DNA from: Octopus vulgaris
Taxonomy: Eukaryota
Length of the DNA: 64,000 nt
Direction of reading: 5' to 3'
NCBI GenBank assembly: GCA_951406725.2
Contig: OX597816.1
Span: 22,878,001 to 22,942,000 of the forward strand
Made by a program: the position numbers and the translations under genes. This document shows, one piece after another, positions 38,509 through 52,201 of the stretch; within the stretch, counting starts at the first letter, position 1, and each line of letters begins with the position of its first letter. The notes beneath the pieces are model-generated. The model saw only the letters and a list, made by a program, of their open reading frames with translations. It made no database searches and was not told the DNA's origin.

Positions 38509-39081
38509 TGTGCAGAAATTTAGTTACGACTTTGGATGGGTTGATCTACAAAGCTTCATTCTATTCAGGTCGTCAGCATTTCATCCATACCTGAAATAGT
38601 TCAAAAGAGACACTACACTTAATATTACAAACAAAAGAAGTTATATTACAAAATACTAAATCTAAATCACATTCGGACAATGTAGCATGGAATAAACATA
38701 TTTTAGTGAATCCTATAAGGGACAATATTTTGTATATAAAATGTTAAATTTTAAATTCAGCAATATGTTTCTTGCTCTAGATCTAGAGGGGAAGAAATTA
38801 TTATCGATTATTCCAAATCTATTGATAATAAACACCACTAATAAGGACACAATGCTAATTTTACGGGAGAGTAAAGACAAGTACATCGACCCTCACCTAT
38901 ATATTTCTCGTATTTATTTTTCTGACAATGACTCTTAAAGTTGCCCTTGGGAAGCCATACACCCTTAAACGCAACTCGTAAATACTTCAAAACATTTCAT
39001 TCATACTCTGAGGCTCAGCTTCTTCAGCCATTCATCCCTCTCAACTGAAAAGCAAATGGTAGATCGTAGTCTGAGTTAATT

Positions 39082-39133
<52 letters not shown>

Positions 39134-39134
<1 letters not shown>

Positions 39135-41185
39135 TAGCAGTATCGCCCGGCGTTGCTCGGGTTTCTAAGGGAAATAACTATAAAGAATTCTTAGAGAGTT
39201 ATAGCCAAAAATTAGCAAAAAAATGCATTAAAAATGGAAAAAATATGATGGTAATTTTTTTTTTAAATCGTTGACTCATCGTAGACATTTTTAGAGAGTC
39301 ACTTCCCTTAAAAAAAATATGTATTAAAACGGGAAAAAATGATGGTAAATTATTTTTAAAATTGTAGACTCATCGGAGACGCGCGCTAATACCCCGACGG
39401 GCTCGATATGAATCACGACTATAAGAATTTGGTTAAACTGCACCGCAAAATGTGGGAGTAGTTAAGAATCTAAATCGTAGGGGACAGACACTCACACAAC
39501 TTCACTTTTATATATAACTAGCAGTATCGCACGGCGTTGCTCGGGTTTGTAAGGGAAATAACTATATAAGCATTTTTAGAGAGTTATAGCAAAAAAATAG
39601 CAAAAAAATGCATTAAAAATGGAATAAAAAATTATGGAAATTTTTTTGTTTAAATCGTTGACTCATCGTAGACATTTTTAGAGAGTTACTTCCCTTATAT
39701 AATAGCGAAAAATGCATTAAGACGGAAAAAATGATGGTAATTTTTTTTTTTAATCGTAGACTCATCGTAGACGCGCGCTAATACCCAGAATGGCTCGATA
39801 TGAATCACGACTATAAGATACCCGGTTTTTGGTTAAACTGCACCGCAAAATGTGGGAGTAGTTCGGAATCTCAATCGTAGGAGACAGACACACTACTTCA
39901 TTTTTATATATAAAGATTTGTGCAACAACTAAAACATTCGGTTGTGCAAATTGTTTGCACAGGAAACCTGCCCTGTGTGGCGGTTTTTGCCGTTTTTGTG
40001 GATCTGTTTAAGCTTTTTTAGCGATTTCTGTTTTGGCGACTTCAAGCTATGAAGTCGTTGTTCTAAAAGAACGCTGGTCTCCTTGACAACGCTTTACGAC
40101 GTTGATTTCCCTACCCTGCCTTCCCCACAGCTTCACGAGGGAGGGAGGAAGGGGAGGAGCTACACAGGTGCAGGAGCGAGCATGAACGCCAACGCATCCA
40201 CCGAGACACGAAAAAATTGGAAGAACCCAGACGACAGCTTCAGCCACCACCACCACCACCAACACGACCAACACCATCACCACTACCACCATGACCACCA
40301 CCACCACTACGCCCATGACCATCACCACCACCATCACGAAGACCACCACGACCACCACGACCACCACTACCATCACAATCATCACCACGACCACCACCAC
40401 CACCACCATCACGAAGACCACCACGACCACCACCACCAACAACAACAACACCACCACCACGACCTCCACCACAAACACGACGACCACCACGACCACGACC
40501 ACCATCACCACTACCAGCACCACCGCCACCACCGCCTCCACCACCACCATACTATGCCTCTGCTCTCTCCTTTTGGCTACTAAATCCATTACCATATTTC
40601 ACAAGTACCATCGCCATACAATATTGCCTTCAAAAGTTTGTGTTTGGGTGATATTTTTTAAATAAAAGTTGTGCAACAACTATAACATTCGGTTGTGCAA
40701 ATTATTTGCACGGGAAACCTTCCCTGTGTGGCGTGTTTCCAGATTTTGTAGAATTTGCTTTCGGGCTTTCTTAGCCATTTCTGTTTTGGTGTCTTCAAGC
40801 CATGAAGTCGTTGTTCTAAAAGAACGCTGGTCTCCTTGACAACGCTTTACGACGTTGATTTCCTTACACTCCCTTCCCCACAGCTTCACGAGGGAGGGAA
40901 GAAGGGGGAGAAACAACACAGGTGCAGGTGTGAGCATGGACGCCAACTCCGCCGCCATCGACACACGAAAAAAATGCGTTAAAATGGAAAAAAATTATGG
41001 TAAATTATTTTTAAAAGCGTAGACTCATCGTAGATGCGCGCTAATACTCAGACGGGCTCGATATGAATCACGACTATAAGATACCCGAATTTGGTTAAAC
41101 TGCACCGCAAAATGTGGGAGTAGTTAGGAATCTAAATCGTAGGAGACAGACACACACACAACTTCACTTTTATATATATAGAAGA
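39134..41185 (-). mobile_element. Composite array of non-autonomous Helitrons
   Basis: Minus-strand 3' ends with hairpin CCCGAGCAACGCCGGG about 8 nt before CTAG (39134 and, degenerate, 39518); 5' ends TC..TATATATAAAA at 39916 and 41185; in (TA)n; absent from unit 1. Confidence 0.82.
40245..40550 (+). repeat. (CAC)n-rich degenerate triplet repeat
   Basis: Directly visible; source of the His/Thr/Val-rich spurious ORFs. Confidence 0.9.
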
Positions 41186-41825
41186 TATTTATATGTATGA
41201 GTGTGTGCAGAGTGGAGGTGAGTGCGCGTGTGTTTAGAGTGATCAGTCACGTTAGAAGACAGCATATCCGCCTAAATGAGAGTAATTCTTGAAACTAAAA
41301 TAGCATTCCATTCTTTATGATATTTATTTTATAATTTATTTCTAGTCTGGCTTCACAGAAGTCTTTCACTCAATAGCTATACAGAGCAATTTAAGAGAGA
41401 GTTCTCCCTCGACGACGATGGAATATGAAAATATACAGTAAAAACAGCAGCTAGTAAGGGTCATATGTGCACAGAGGGGCCAAAGCATATGGGGATATTC
41501 GTGTTTAAAATACTGAGGAAACGACACGAAGAAGCAAATGACCAACAGCTGTAGACATTTCTGTCTCACAATGTCTCAACAATGCTTGACAGTTGGTACA
41601 TTTGCGTAATGGACAAGGTTGAAGGGACTAAAGCCCTGGTGATATTTTAATCATATTGTTTAATAAGAGTAATGATAAAGAACATAAAGAAATACGAAGA
41701 CGAGGATCTCACTTCACATTTCTATCCTCACAGAGGCAGCATAGCAGAATGAAACTGCTCTCATGTCAAAGATCCAAACTCCATCATGACGACTGAACAC
41801 TCTGAAGAATTAGCGGGAAAAACTT

Positions 41826-41868
<43 letters not shown>

Positions 41869-42229
41869 TATTAAAATTATAATTTAGAGTATCTAAGAGA
41901 TAACACTACGCTGGGAATGCGAGCCAAAACTTGACTCTAAAACCACACCAAACGCCTACACAGCACCAAAACAAACGAGTAAAATATTTCTGGATAATTC
42001 TAGATCCCGGACATCTGACTTCGCATAAGAAACGCCCCGCCTCATCAGTGGAATATACACAAATAGCACATAATAGCATATATTCCACTGATGTGGCTTG
42101 GCGTTTCTAATGAATAGGTCCGGGATCTGGAATTATCCAGTAATTTTTTGTCTTCTCTCCAGGCGCTGTGTGGGCGTTTGGTGTGATTTTAGAGTCAGGT
42201 TTTGGCTGCTATTTCCAACGTGGGGGTAA

Positions 42230-42470
42230 CACTTGGATAGTTAGCAACTTCCTTGTCTTTCTGTCTAAGCTTTTCGTTCGCCTATTTTCCATGCGAGTAC
42301 CCCTGCTCTATATCTAAGCAGTGAAACCGCCCAAGTATTGAGAGCTTCTGTCTTATTCCGTCCATTTAATTTCGACTCTAGGATCAGTCTCAGTCTGCGT
42401 AAATTCTCCACCTTAACCTTTTCTGTCATTTGTCTCTCCATCAATTTCTCCATTTCCAAAATCGTCGCCA
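42230..42470 (-). mobile_element. Old R4/Dong-like fragment; duplicate at about 19590-19830
   Basis: [32 protein letters not shown]. Confidence 0.7.
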
Positions 42471-42583
42471 GAACTAATGTATTGCCGAACTGCTAAGTTA
42501 CGGGGACGTAAAAACACCAGCAACGGTTGTCAAGTCGTATTAGGGGAAAGACACAGACACAAGTATATACACACACACACATG

Positions 42584-42635
<52 letters not shown>

Positions 42636-42752
42636 CATATACATATATACGACGGAATTCTTTCAGTTTCCGTCTACCAAATCCACTCAGAAGGCTTTGG
42701 TCGGCCCGAAGCTATAGTAGGAGAGGCTTGCCCAAAATGCCTTAGCAGCGGG
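42470..42752 (-). mobile_element. SINE family B, partial; its unit 1 counterpart is split (19830-19950 and 23773-23938)
   Basis: Contiguous in unit 2, interrupted by about 3.6 kb of palindrome plus 533-bp array in unit 1. Confidence 0.85.
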
Positions 42753-43649
42753 AGAATTCACAAAACAACACAAAATACGAATACTGTGGTGTAGACAACA
42801 AACAGATGTGAACGCTCGTGAAATGAAAACGTCTTTAACGGTAACGATTTTTTCACTTTTTGCGCAGAAAGGAACACGGAGAGAATCATGGAGAGAAAAT
42901 GGAGAATGTAGTGGCTAGCGTTCTATCATGGCGGACAGAGGGGTCACACAGGAGATCTAGGAAGAAGGGGAGATAATAAAGTAGTGGTAATCCCAAAACG
43001 AATGTCCGTGTGCGTGTGTATAAGAGAGCATTATGTTCGTGTGGAAGACGTCTGGTGACCATGACGTGTGCGTGTGTGTATGTGTAGGTGAGTGGATGGG
43101 GAGCTGGGAAGCTGTCTTTGCTAGTGTGTGCGTGGTGGTGTGATGTGATGTGATGTGGTGCTGTGTGGTATGGTGGTGTATGGTGTAGTGGTGTGCGTGT
43201 GGTGTGATGGGGTATGGAGGTTCAGGAGGCGAGAGTCGGGAAAGCAATGGTGGGGATTGGGCTAGGCTGGGGTGGGGATAGGGGTTGGGTATGTGTGTAG
43301 GCTGCGGGTGGGGCTAGAGGTGGGAATTGTGTGGGTGGGTGTAAGTGATGGGATGAGATTGGGATGGATAGCAAGAATTGTGAGACGTAGATTTAGAAAA
43401 TATGATAGATATTAAGCAAGTAATTATTCACCGAGATGAAGGTGAGGTGGGATGCGAGTATACATCTTAGGTGGAATACATAATTTGCATACAAGCGTAA
43501 TTGTAATATACGGAGGTGCTTCTGCTATTATTGACTAAGATAATGTGTATTGTATATACTTTAACTTAAGTTCGTGTATGCATGCGGCTAGCGTTGTTGT
43601 GAATATATATTGAAGTTAGTAAAAGAATTCAAAGAAAAACTATAGCGAC

Positions 43650-44650
43650 ACTTAAGATCAATAGTAAATCTTATGTAAACCCTTAACCTGTGTGCTGCAG
43701 AAATCCCGTTTCCAAGATTTTGAATATTTGGTTTCATTGAGTTGGTCGGAGTTATACAATTTATACTTAAGGAAATTCCTAAATAACACATTCTTTATTC
43801 GGGCATTATCTGTAGTATTAGATTGTGAGTTAGTTATTTGACTATATAGAAGATATTGGCAATTTTAGTTTTGAGTTTTGTATCAGGGATATAAAATAGA
43901 GCTTGGTGGTTATATGAAGCATGAGTGTTAAATGGATGGAGGCACTCCGTCGGTTACGACGATGAGGGTTCCGGTTGCTCCGATCAACAGAACAGCCTGC
44001 TCGTGAAATTAACGTGTAAGTGGCTGAGCACTCCACAGTCACATGTACCCTTAACGTAGTTCTCGGGGATATTCAGCGTGTCACAAGAGAGTGACAAGGC
44101 CGGCCCTTTGATATACAGGTACAACAGAAACAGGAAGTAAGAGTGAGAGAAAGTTGTGGTGAAAGAGTACAGCGGGGATCACCACCATCCCCTGCCGGAG
44201 TCTCGTGGAGCTTTAGGTGTTTTCGCTCAATAAACGCTCACAACGCCCGGTCTGGGAATCGAAACCGCGATCCTACGACCGCGAGTCCGCTGCCCGAACC
44301 ACTGGGCCATTGCGCCTCCATGAGTGTTAAATATATTCTCATTGGCATATAAGATTGAAATTCTAATAGAAATGGCCGTTACCATGCTATCGAGGGATAA
44401 TCAAGGACGATTAGAGAGAATATGTAAGCACTGAAGAGATTGGTTGGGTTTCCTATATGGATAGTGAAGATTAATATTAAGATTAAGTAAGATATCCATT
44501 TATTATCCATTTCAAATACAATATTTAAATTATAATTTTTAAAGAATTTTATCAAAGATTTCTTAGTGCGTTCAATCTCCGAACGGGATGAATTCTTAGT
44601 TGCGAAGTGTGCATCATCTCTATACATCAATATAATTTTTCTACCCAAGT
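43650..44650 (-). pseudogene. Decayed Penelope-like reverse transcriptase fragment (interrupted by a SINE); shorter duplicate at about 25320-25835
   Basis: YRDD..EIERTKKSLIKFFK..LNIVFE, then in a shifted frame YPYRKPN...SNRP*...ISIRIS..ANENIFN.HA...AL, resembling PLE RT palm/thumb. Confidence 0.7.
43934..44318 (-). mobile_element. tRNA-derived SINE (family A) with 14-bp TSD
   Basis: TSD CATGAGTGTTAAAT at 43920-43933 and 44319-44332; empty site in unit 1 at about 25588-25601. Confidence 0.92.
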
Positions 44651-44884
44651 ATATATATTTTATATTTTTAAATATTTATGTATGTGTAAATATTTAAATA
44701 TATTTAATAATTTGCATACACCGGTTTTATGGCGGAGTATACGTTATATTATTTATCCAAATTGTCGAAATGGTTTGAATTTACTATTTATATATCATAT
44801 ATGTATGTGTGTGCGTGTACATGTTTGTAGGTATGTGTGTGTGCCTGTATGTGTGTGTGTGTGTAGATATATATGTATATTATT

Positions 44885-45570
44885 TTATGTGTTCAATCAT
44901 TTGATGGCGGTCATGCTGGAGCAGCCCCTGTAGTTTAGCAAAACGACCCCCATGGTTTATTATTTTTAAGCCTAGTACTTATTCTAACGGTGTCTTTTGA
45001 CGAACCGCTAATTTACGGGGATGTAAGCACACCAGCTTCGATTGTCAAGTCAGGTTAAGGGAACAAACACAGACATACAAACACGCACAAACATACACAC
45101 ACACATATGCATAAACACGCACAAACATACACACACGCATATACATATATATATATATAGGAGCAGGAGTGGCTGTGTGGTAAGTAGCTTCCTTGCCAGC
45201 CACATGGTTCTGGGTTCAGTCCCACTGTGTGGCACCTTGGGAAAGTGTCTTCTACTATAGCCTCGGGCAGACCAAAGCCTTGTGAGTGGATTTGGTAGAC
45301 GGAAACTGAAAGAAGCCCGTCGTATTTATGTATATATATATATACATATGTGTGCGTGTATGTGTGTATGTCTGTGTTTGTCCCCCTAGCATTGCTTGAC
45401 AACCGATGCTGGTGTGTTTATGTTCCCGTCACTTAGCGGTTCGGCCAAAGGGACCGATAGAATAAGTACTGGGCTTACAAAGAATAAGTCCCGGGGTCGA
45501 TTTGCTCGATTAAAGGCGGTGCTCCAGCATGGCCATAGTCAAATGACTGAAACAAGTAAAAGAGTAAAGA

Positions 45571-45636
<66 letters not shown>

Positions 45637-45757
45637 GACGGCCTTCTTTCAGTTTTCGGCAACCAAATCCACTCACTAGGCTTTGGTCGGCCTGAGACTA
45701 TACTAGAAGACACTTGCCCAAGGTGCCACGCTGTGAGACTGAACCCGGAATCATGTG
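44885..45757. mobile_element. Nested SINE family B copies (plus-strand 45159-45572 inside a minus-strand copy)
   Basis: Minus-strand tail at 44885-45075 and head at 45635-45757 flank a plus-strand copy inserted in the internal microsatellite. Confidence 0.8.
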
Positions 45758-45780
45758 ATTGTTAATAATAAAAATTATAA

Positions 45781-45818
<38 letters not shown>

Positions 45819-45999
45819 AATAGTAAAGAGAAAGCGACTTTTAAGACGTAGCCATCCTGCAGTGCACACACACACCCACATATGCACACACACTTACACA
45901 CACACAGACACACTCTCACCATACATTCACAGACACAAACACACACACACTGATTCTCTTCTCTCTCCCTCCCATTCTCTCTCGCTCCCTTTCTGTACT

Positions 46000-46036
<37 letters not shown>

Positions 46037-46409
46037 CGAACACGTATAATTACATACAAGTATACATCTAACCACAAGAAAATTCATTTAGTTTGAAATG
46101 CAGTTAATAAATGGAATAAAAAAGAAGACAACCAAAGAATTATCTTGAATCTTAGAATTTCCACGTTGTCTGGAGCACATATTCAGCCTGTTCAACTAAA
46201 CGCCGGTTTTTCAAGTATTAATCATTTTTGCCAGTTAAGGGGTCTGGATCAACGTGAAATTAACTGTTTTGTTCAAGAAAAAAGCATTGCAGTGCCCAGT
46301 TCAAGAATCGCAACTCCAAATTAACGATCATGCCTGAAACACCCTCACCACTAAGTCAAGCAGCTTTACAATTAGTACAACACTATAATGTAGATTTATC
46401 AATCAAAGT

Positions 46410-47029
46410 ATCACATTATTTACATTTGACGGATATTTGTCCTCATCTTCTTTGTTGTTAACACAACGTTTTGGTTGATATACCCTCCATCCTTCATCAG
46501 GTGTCTTGGGAAAATTTCGAACCTGGTTCCTCATTCCTATGGTGTTTTTCTATGTTATTATTATTCTATGTTTGACCTTTGCTTTATATCTGTACAAGTT
46601 GGCTCCAAGTCTCACCCAGAGACCTCAAGAGACAACAGGTTGTAAGTTCACGTTGTTGTTATGCATAGTGTGCATTTGGTTTTTTTTTTGGGTGTTGTAC
46701 TAGTGAATGTCTAATAAATAAATAAAAAAAATGTTTGTTTTAAACCTTGGGATTATTATTATTATTATTATTATTATTGTCATTGTTATTATTTTTATTA
46801 TTATTATTATTATTATTATCATCACCATTATCATTATTATTATTGTTGTTGTTGTTGTTATTGTTGTTCGGGTCACTCATTGGAATCTAACTAGGAATCT
46901 GGGGTTTAGTAGCCCTCGCTCTTAACCACTGCGCCATATGCCGGAGTGGTCAAGAGCGCGGGCTACTAAACCCAAATTTACTAGTTCGATTCAAAGCAGT
47001 GACCTGCATAACAACAACAACAACATAAA

Positions 47030-47060
<31 letters not shown>

Positions 47061-47222
47061 TAATACCATCGAAAAATACTTAGGAATGAGAACCCAGGTT
47101 CGAAATTTCCACAAGAGACCTGAAGAACGCTGAAGCGTAAATCAGCCGACAGATGTGTTTACAAAAAAGAAGATATCCGTCGAATGTAAATAACGTAAAT
47201 AATGTACGTAAATCCTCATCTC
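46410..47222. mobile_element. Head-to-head pair of tRNA-headed elements ending in hammerhead-like motifs
   Basis: Plus copy: AGTGGTCAAGAGCGCGGGCTACTAA..GTTCGATTC (46945-46992), then (AAC)/(AAT)n, then CTGAAGA..CAGCCGACA; minus copy mirrors it from about 46935 to 46410 with an extra internal segment. Confidence 0.7.
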
Positions 47223-47624
47223 TTAAATATAGAAAAGTTTCACTTACCGAAAAAATATATATGGAACCATAATCAACCAGCAACTGTATAATACACAACA
47301 ATGGTGACTAAGTGATAATATTGTTTTCGATATAGGAAGCAAAATAGCAACAAGGTCCTTTATCAATTAGTACATAAAGAGAAGTTAAAAATAAAAGCAT
47401 TTGTACCATTCCACTACTTAAATGTGCAAGTAATTACTAATATGAGAGATGTTTTCTTTAGCCTGAAATCGTCCACGACTTGACCTGCATTGCAGTTTTA
47501 GTGAAATTACCTTCAAATGTTTGCATAAGAGTAATAGACCAATCAAATACCAAAAACCGATTAAATATTGGGTGAAGGAAATTGTATGTAAAAACATGGA
47601 AAATATAATAGCATCTGCCATTAT

Positions 47625-48665
47625 TAAGGGGTCGGCTTTGCCTTCCTTCCTTGCGGGACCGATAAAATAAGAATCGTGTGAGTATTGGTGTCTACGTTAT
47701 GAGTTCAAGTTCCGCTGAGATCGACTTTGCCTTTCATCCTTTCGGGCTCGATTAAATAAGTACCAGTTACGCACTGGGGTCGATCTAATCGACTTAATCC
47801 GTTTGTCTGTCCTTGTTTGTCGCCTCTGTGTTTAGGCCCTTGTGGGTAGTAAAGAAATAGGTATTTCGTCTACTATTACGTTCTGAGTCCAAATTCCGCC
47901 GAGGTCGACTTTGCCTTTCATCCTTTCGGGGTCGATTAAATAAGTACCAGTTACGCACTGGGATCGATGTAATCGACTTAATGCGTTTCTCTGTCCTTGT
48001 TTGTCCCCTCTGTGTTTAGCCCCTTATGGGTAGTAATGAAATTGGTGTCTATGTAATCGGTGTACACTTTGCTCTGAAATTTCAGGCCTTATACCAATAT
48101 TTGTAACAAATATTAGTATTACCTTCATCAACATCGTCGATTTGCCTCTCATCCTTTCGGGGTCGATAAATTAAGTACCAGTAACGCATTGGGTTCGATG
48201 TAATCGACTTAATCCCTTTCTCTGTCCTTGTTTGTCCCCTCTATGCCTAGCCCCTTGTGGTCAATGAAGAAATAAGAAACGTTAAGTACGCTGGGGGAAA
48301 TGCTTAGCGGTATTTCACTGTCTTTACGTTCTGAGTTTAAATTCCACCGAGATCGATTTTGCCTTTCATACTTTCGGGGTCGATAAATTAAGAACCAGTT
48401 AAGCACGGGTGTCGATGTAATCGACTTAATCCCTTTGTCCTTGTTTAGCCCCTTGTGGGCAATAAAGAAATAAGAATTATTTGCACACCGGGTAAAATGC
48501 TTAACGGCATTTCGTCTTCATGTTCTGAGTTCAAATTCCCGCGAGATCGAAATTGCCTTTCATTTTTACAGAATCGATAAAGTATATACCAGTTGAATAG
48601 TGGGATCTATGTGATTGACATACCCACTCCTCCGAAACTGCTGGCCTGGTGCCAAAATTTGAATT
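47625..48665 (+). repeat. Tandem array of ~180-bp SINE family C units (Nin-domain-like core)
   Basis: Recurrent GTTCTGAGTTCAAATTCCGCCGAGGTCGACTTTGCCTTTCATCCTTTCGGGGTCGAT(T)AAATAAGTACCAG; shorter array at 26460-26838; dispersed copies at 543-721, 1225-1560, 2060-2225. The Nin assignment is from memory of the core. Confidence 0.8.
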
Positions 48666-49556
48666 CATTATTACTGGCAAATCTGCTCAGATATTATCAT
48701 TTTCATCACAGGTACCGATTGGATATTCTGAATATGGACATTGACAGATATCATCGGCACATCTAGATCGTATGTACTGCTAGAGTTGACGTAGCCAACT
48801 CCCACGTCACTGCTAATTTATAGCCTTGTATCAATAGAGAGATGATTATAGTTATTACTGTTTAGTGAGCAAGAAATGCATGCTATCAAAGTGACACTGG
48901 TGTATGAATATACGAAGCTAATATCACATCATGACAACCCATCTGGTAATGGTACGCCTGGCATATGCATCACAACCATATGATCGCGACATACTGATCT
49001 CTTATGAAAACTAACAAGGCATGACCTTGCCAGTGGGGCAAGGAATTTTTTTCATGTCATGTAACTCATCCTTATCAAAACGTCCCTGAATAAAGTTTAA
49101 CGATCATAAACGAAACACCCATGTTTCCAGAGGTAACTTATTCAAACCCCAATAAATTCCTTTCAACATAGTTACAGTGCTCCCCTGCTACTCCTACTAG
49201 TGATCAGAGATGAACATATTGTCAGCCATTAAGAGACATTCCCAATAATTGTTATTTCTGTTTTTCACAGACTTTCGAATATTCTCTTCATATTTCTCAG
49301 TAATTTTGATTTCTATGGTGTCAACTTTGTCATCATAGGCGTAGGAGTGTCTGTATGGTAAGTAGCTTGCTAATGAACCGCATGGTTCCTGGTTCAGTCC
49401 CAATTCGTGGAACCTTGTGGAAGTGTCTTCTACAATCGCCTCGGGCCGACCAAAGCCTTGTGAGTGGATTTGGTAGGCGAAAACTGAAAGAAGCCCGTCG
49501 TATATATGTATGTATATATATGTATATATAAATATATATATATATATATATGTATG

Positions 49557-49617
<61 letters not shown>

Positions 49618-50428
49618 ATATATATGTATATATATATGTATATGTATATATATATGTATGTATGTATGTGTATAAATGTTTGCGTGTCTGTGTTTGTCCA
49701 CCCAACATCGCTTGACAACCGATGCTGGTGTGTTTACGTCCCCGTAAATTAGCGGTTCGGCGAAAAAGAATGATAGAATAAGTACTAGAGTTACAAAGAA
49801 AAAAAGTCCTGGGGTTGATATGATCGACTAAAAGTGGTGCACCAGCATGGCCAGTCAAATGATTGAAACAAATATAAGAGTAAAGAGAGATAGGAAATTG
49901 CAAAGCCTACGATCTTCCAGTGTTTATTTTATCCTCTACAATGATATCTGGTCATCATGTATCACTACCTTGGACAACTTTTATGAGAAAGTCAAATAAG
50001 TCACCTTAATTCGTGTTCTTAGATTCTGTTTCCTCTCGCTGTCCCCTGTTTGCGTCCAAAAGAAACCTCTAAATATAATCAATCAAGGAACCCCACAGAT
50101 GAAGGATGACAACCGAATCACCAGCCCTTTTCCAATTGGTGCTCTCCAAACTAATATAAAATTATACCAATAGATTTGTGAGCAACAGTTGGGAGCAGAC
50201 ACGTTCTTTTCATGGTCATGGTAATTCTAAATGCCGTTCCGTCATTGGTCCTTGATGGGATCTCCAATATGAGGAAAGCTGAATCAGTCATGTTATTATT
50301 TAATTGCATTTTATATTTTTTCCTTTCATTCTCTTTATCTTCTATGTCAATCCCCAAGCAAATTAACTTTCTTTGTAATGTCGCCCTCATCATGTCAAGA
50401 TGTGTAATGAAAGTTATTACTATCCTTA

Positions 50429-50502
<74 letters not shown>

Positions 50503-50505
<3 letters not shown>

Positions 50506-52110
50506 TAGATTTATTTTTATAGCATGCTTTCGCTTCACTACCGAGCGCAGCTCTGTGTGCCTTAGTTGTTATTCCATAATGTTGGCATAGCTTCCAATGT
50601 ATGTAGGTTCCAACTCTGTCATGTCTGTGAATATATTCCTTCTTAGCCAGGACTGGGCAGCTAGAGATTTATTGTTTCTTGTCCATCTCCACATATTCTG
50701 CAGTTACTTGTTATATTTCTTTTCATTACATGTTTTTGGTAATTTCTGGTGGGAGGCTTTGGTCTTGTGCTACAATTAAAAATCCCTCTGTCTCTGCTTT
50801 GAGTCCTGAGCTTCTCAACCATTGCTGGGATTTTTCTTTGTCTATTTCTTTTTAGGTTTAGTTTAGTCCAGTATTTACCATGAACAGTTTTTTGTTTTGC
50901 TCGTGTTTTGCCGCTATTTGTATCAGTTTTCCTACCTTCTGAAGTAGATATTTTTGCAGTCCTATGGTGGTTATTTTATAGTAGTTTTCCAGTTGTATAA
51001 GGCCTCTACCACCTTCTATACGTTGTATATATAGTCTTTCTATGTCAGATTTTGGTTGATGCATCATTATTTTTCTTGTTTTCATATCTATTTTGGTCAG
51101 TTCATTTAGTGTCCAGTTAAGGATATTGTTGCTGTAACTTATAACTGGGACAGCTAAAGTGTTAATACCTATTATCTTGTTTTTAGCATTGAGCTCTGTT
51201 TTTAGTATTGATCTAACTCGTCTATAATAATCTTTTTTTATTTTCTCTTTCATTTGTGTGTGTTATGTCTTATCTAGTTCATGGATTCCTAAGTATTTGT
51301 AAGTTTGGCTTTGGTCTAATTCTTTTATTTCATTGGTTTTATCTAGTGTGATGTTGCTACTCTTAACTAGTTTTCTTCTTTTCATGGTTACTTTGGCGCA
51401 TTTTTCTAATCCAAATTTCATATCTACTTCTTTGGTAAATCCATGAACTGTCTTTAATAGTGTTTCCAGCTGTTTGTCATTTGCAGCGTATAGTTTTAGG
51501 TCATCCATATATAAAAGGTGGCTGATCGTTTTGCCGTAACATTTATATCTGCATCCAGTTCTATTTAGCATATCAGATAGAGGTGACAGTGCCGAGCAGA
51601 AAAGGAGTGGAGAGAGCGTGTCTCCCTGGAATATTTCTCTTCTAATGAGGATGGCTTTGATTTTCATGGGTCCGTCTTTTTTTTGGAGCTGTAGCACTGT
51701 TTGCCATTTATTCATAGAGTGCCCTATAAATTTTTAAATTGTTGGTGCTACTTTGTTAATGGCTAGTGTTTCGAGGATCCATGTGTGGGGGGTGCTATCA
51801 AACGCCGTTTTGTAGTCGATCAAGGCCATACTGAGGCCTTTCTTCTTTCTGTGGCTGTCTTCAGTTATGGCTTTATTAATCATTAGTTGATCTTTACAGC
51901 CATATTAGCCTTTGCGGCATCCTTTCTGCTCTTCTGGGAACGGGTTGTTTTCGTCCAGATGCTTGTTCAACCTTTGCGATATCACTGCAGTAAATGCCTT
52001 TTACATTGTAGGGAGACAGTTTATTGGTCTGTAGTTTTCTGGTTATGCTGTCTCATTTGATTTGGGAATTAAGATGGTTTTCCCCTTCGTGAGCCATTCA
52101 GGCATTGTCT
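50503..52110 (-). mobile_element. R4/Dong-like (restriction-like endonuclease) non-LTR retrotransposon, decayed RT region with internal deletion
   Basis: PEWLTKGKTILIPK, IFQGDTLSPLLF, HLLYMDDLKLYA, FGLEKCA, YKYLG, LNAKNKIIGINTLAVP; both ends in (TAA)n, as known for Dong-type targeting. Confidence 0.85.
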
Positions 52111-52160
52111 CATTATTATTATTATCATTATAATTATTTTTATTATTATTATTATTATTA

Positions 52161-52201
<41 letters not shown>

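Noticed and set aside
40047-40665. His-rich, Thr-rich and Val-rich ORFs
   Set aside because: All are frames of a degenerate (CAC)n tract inside a Helitron composite; no domain or splice support.
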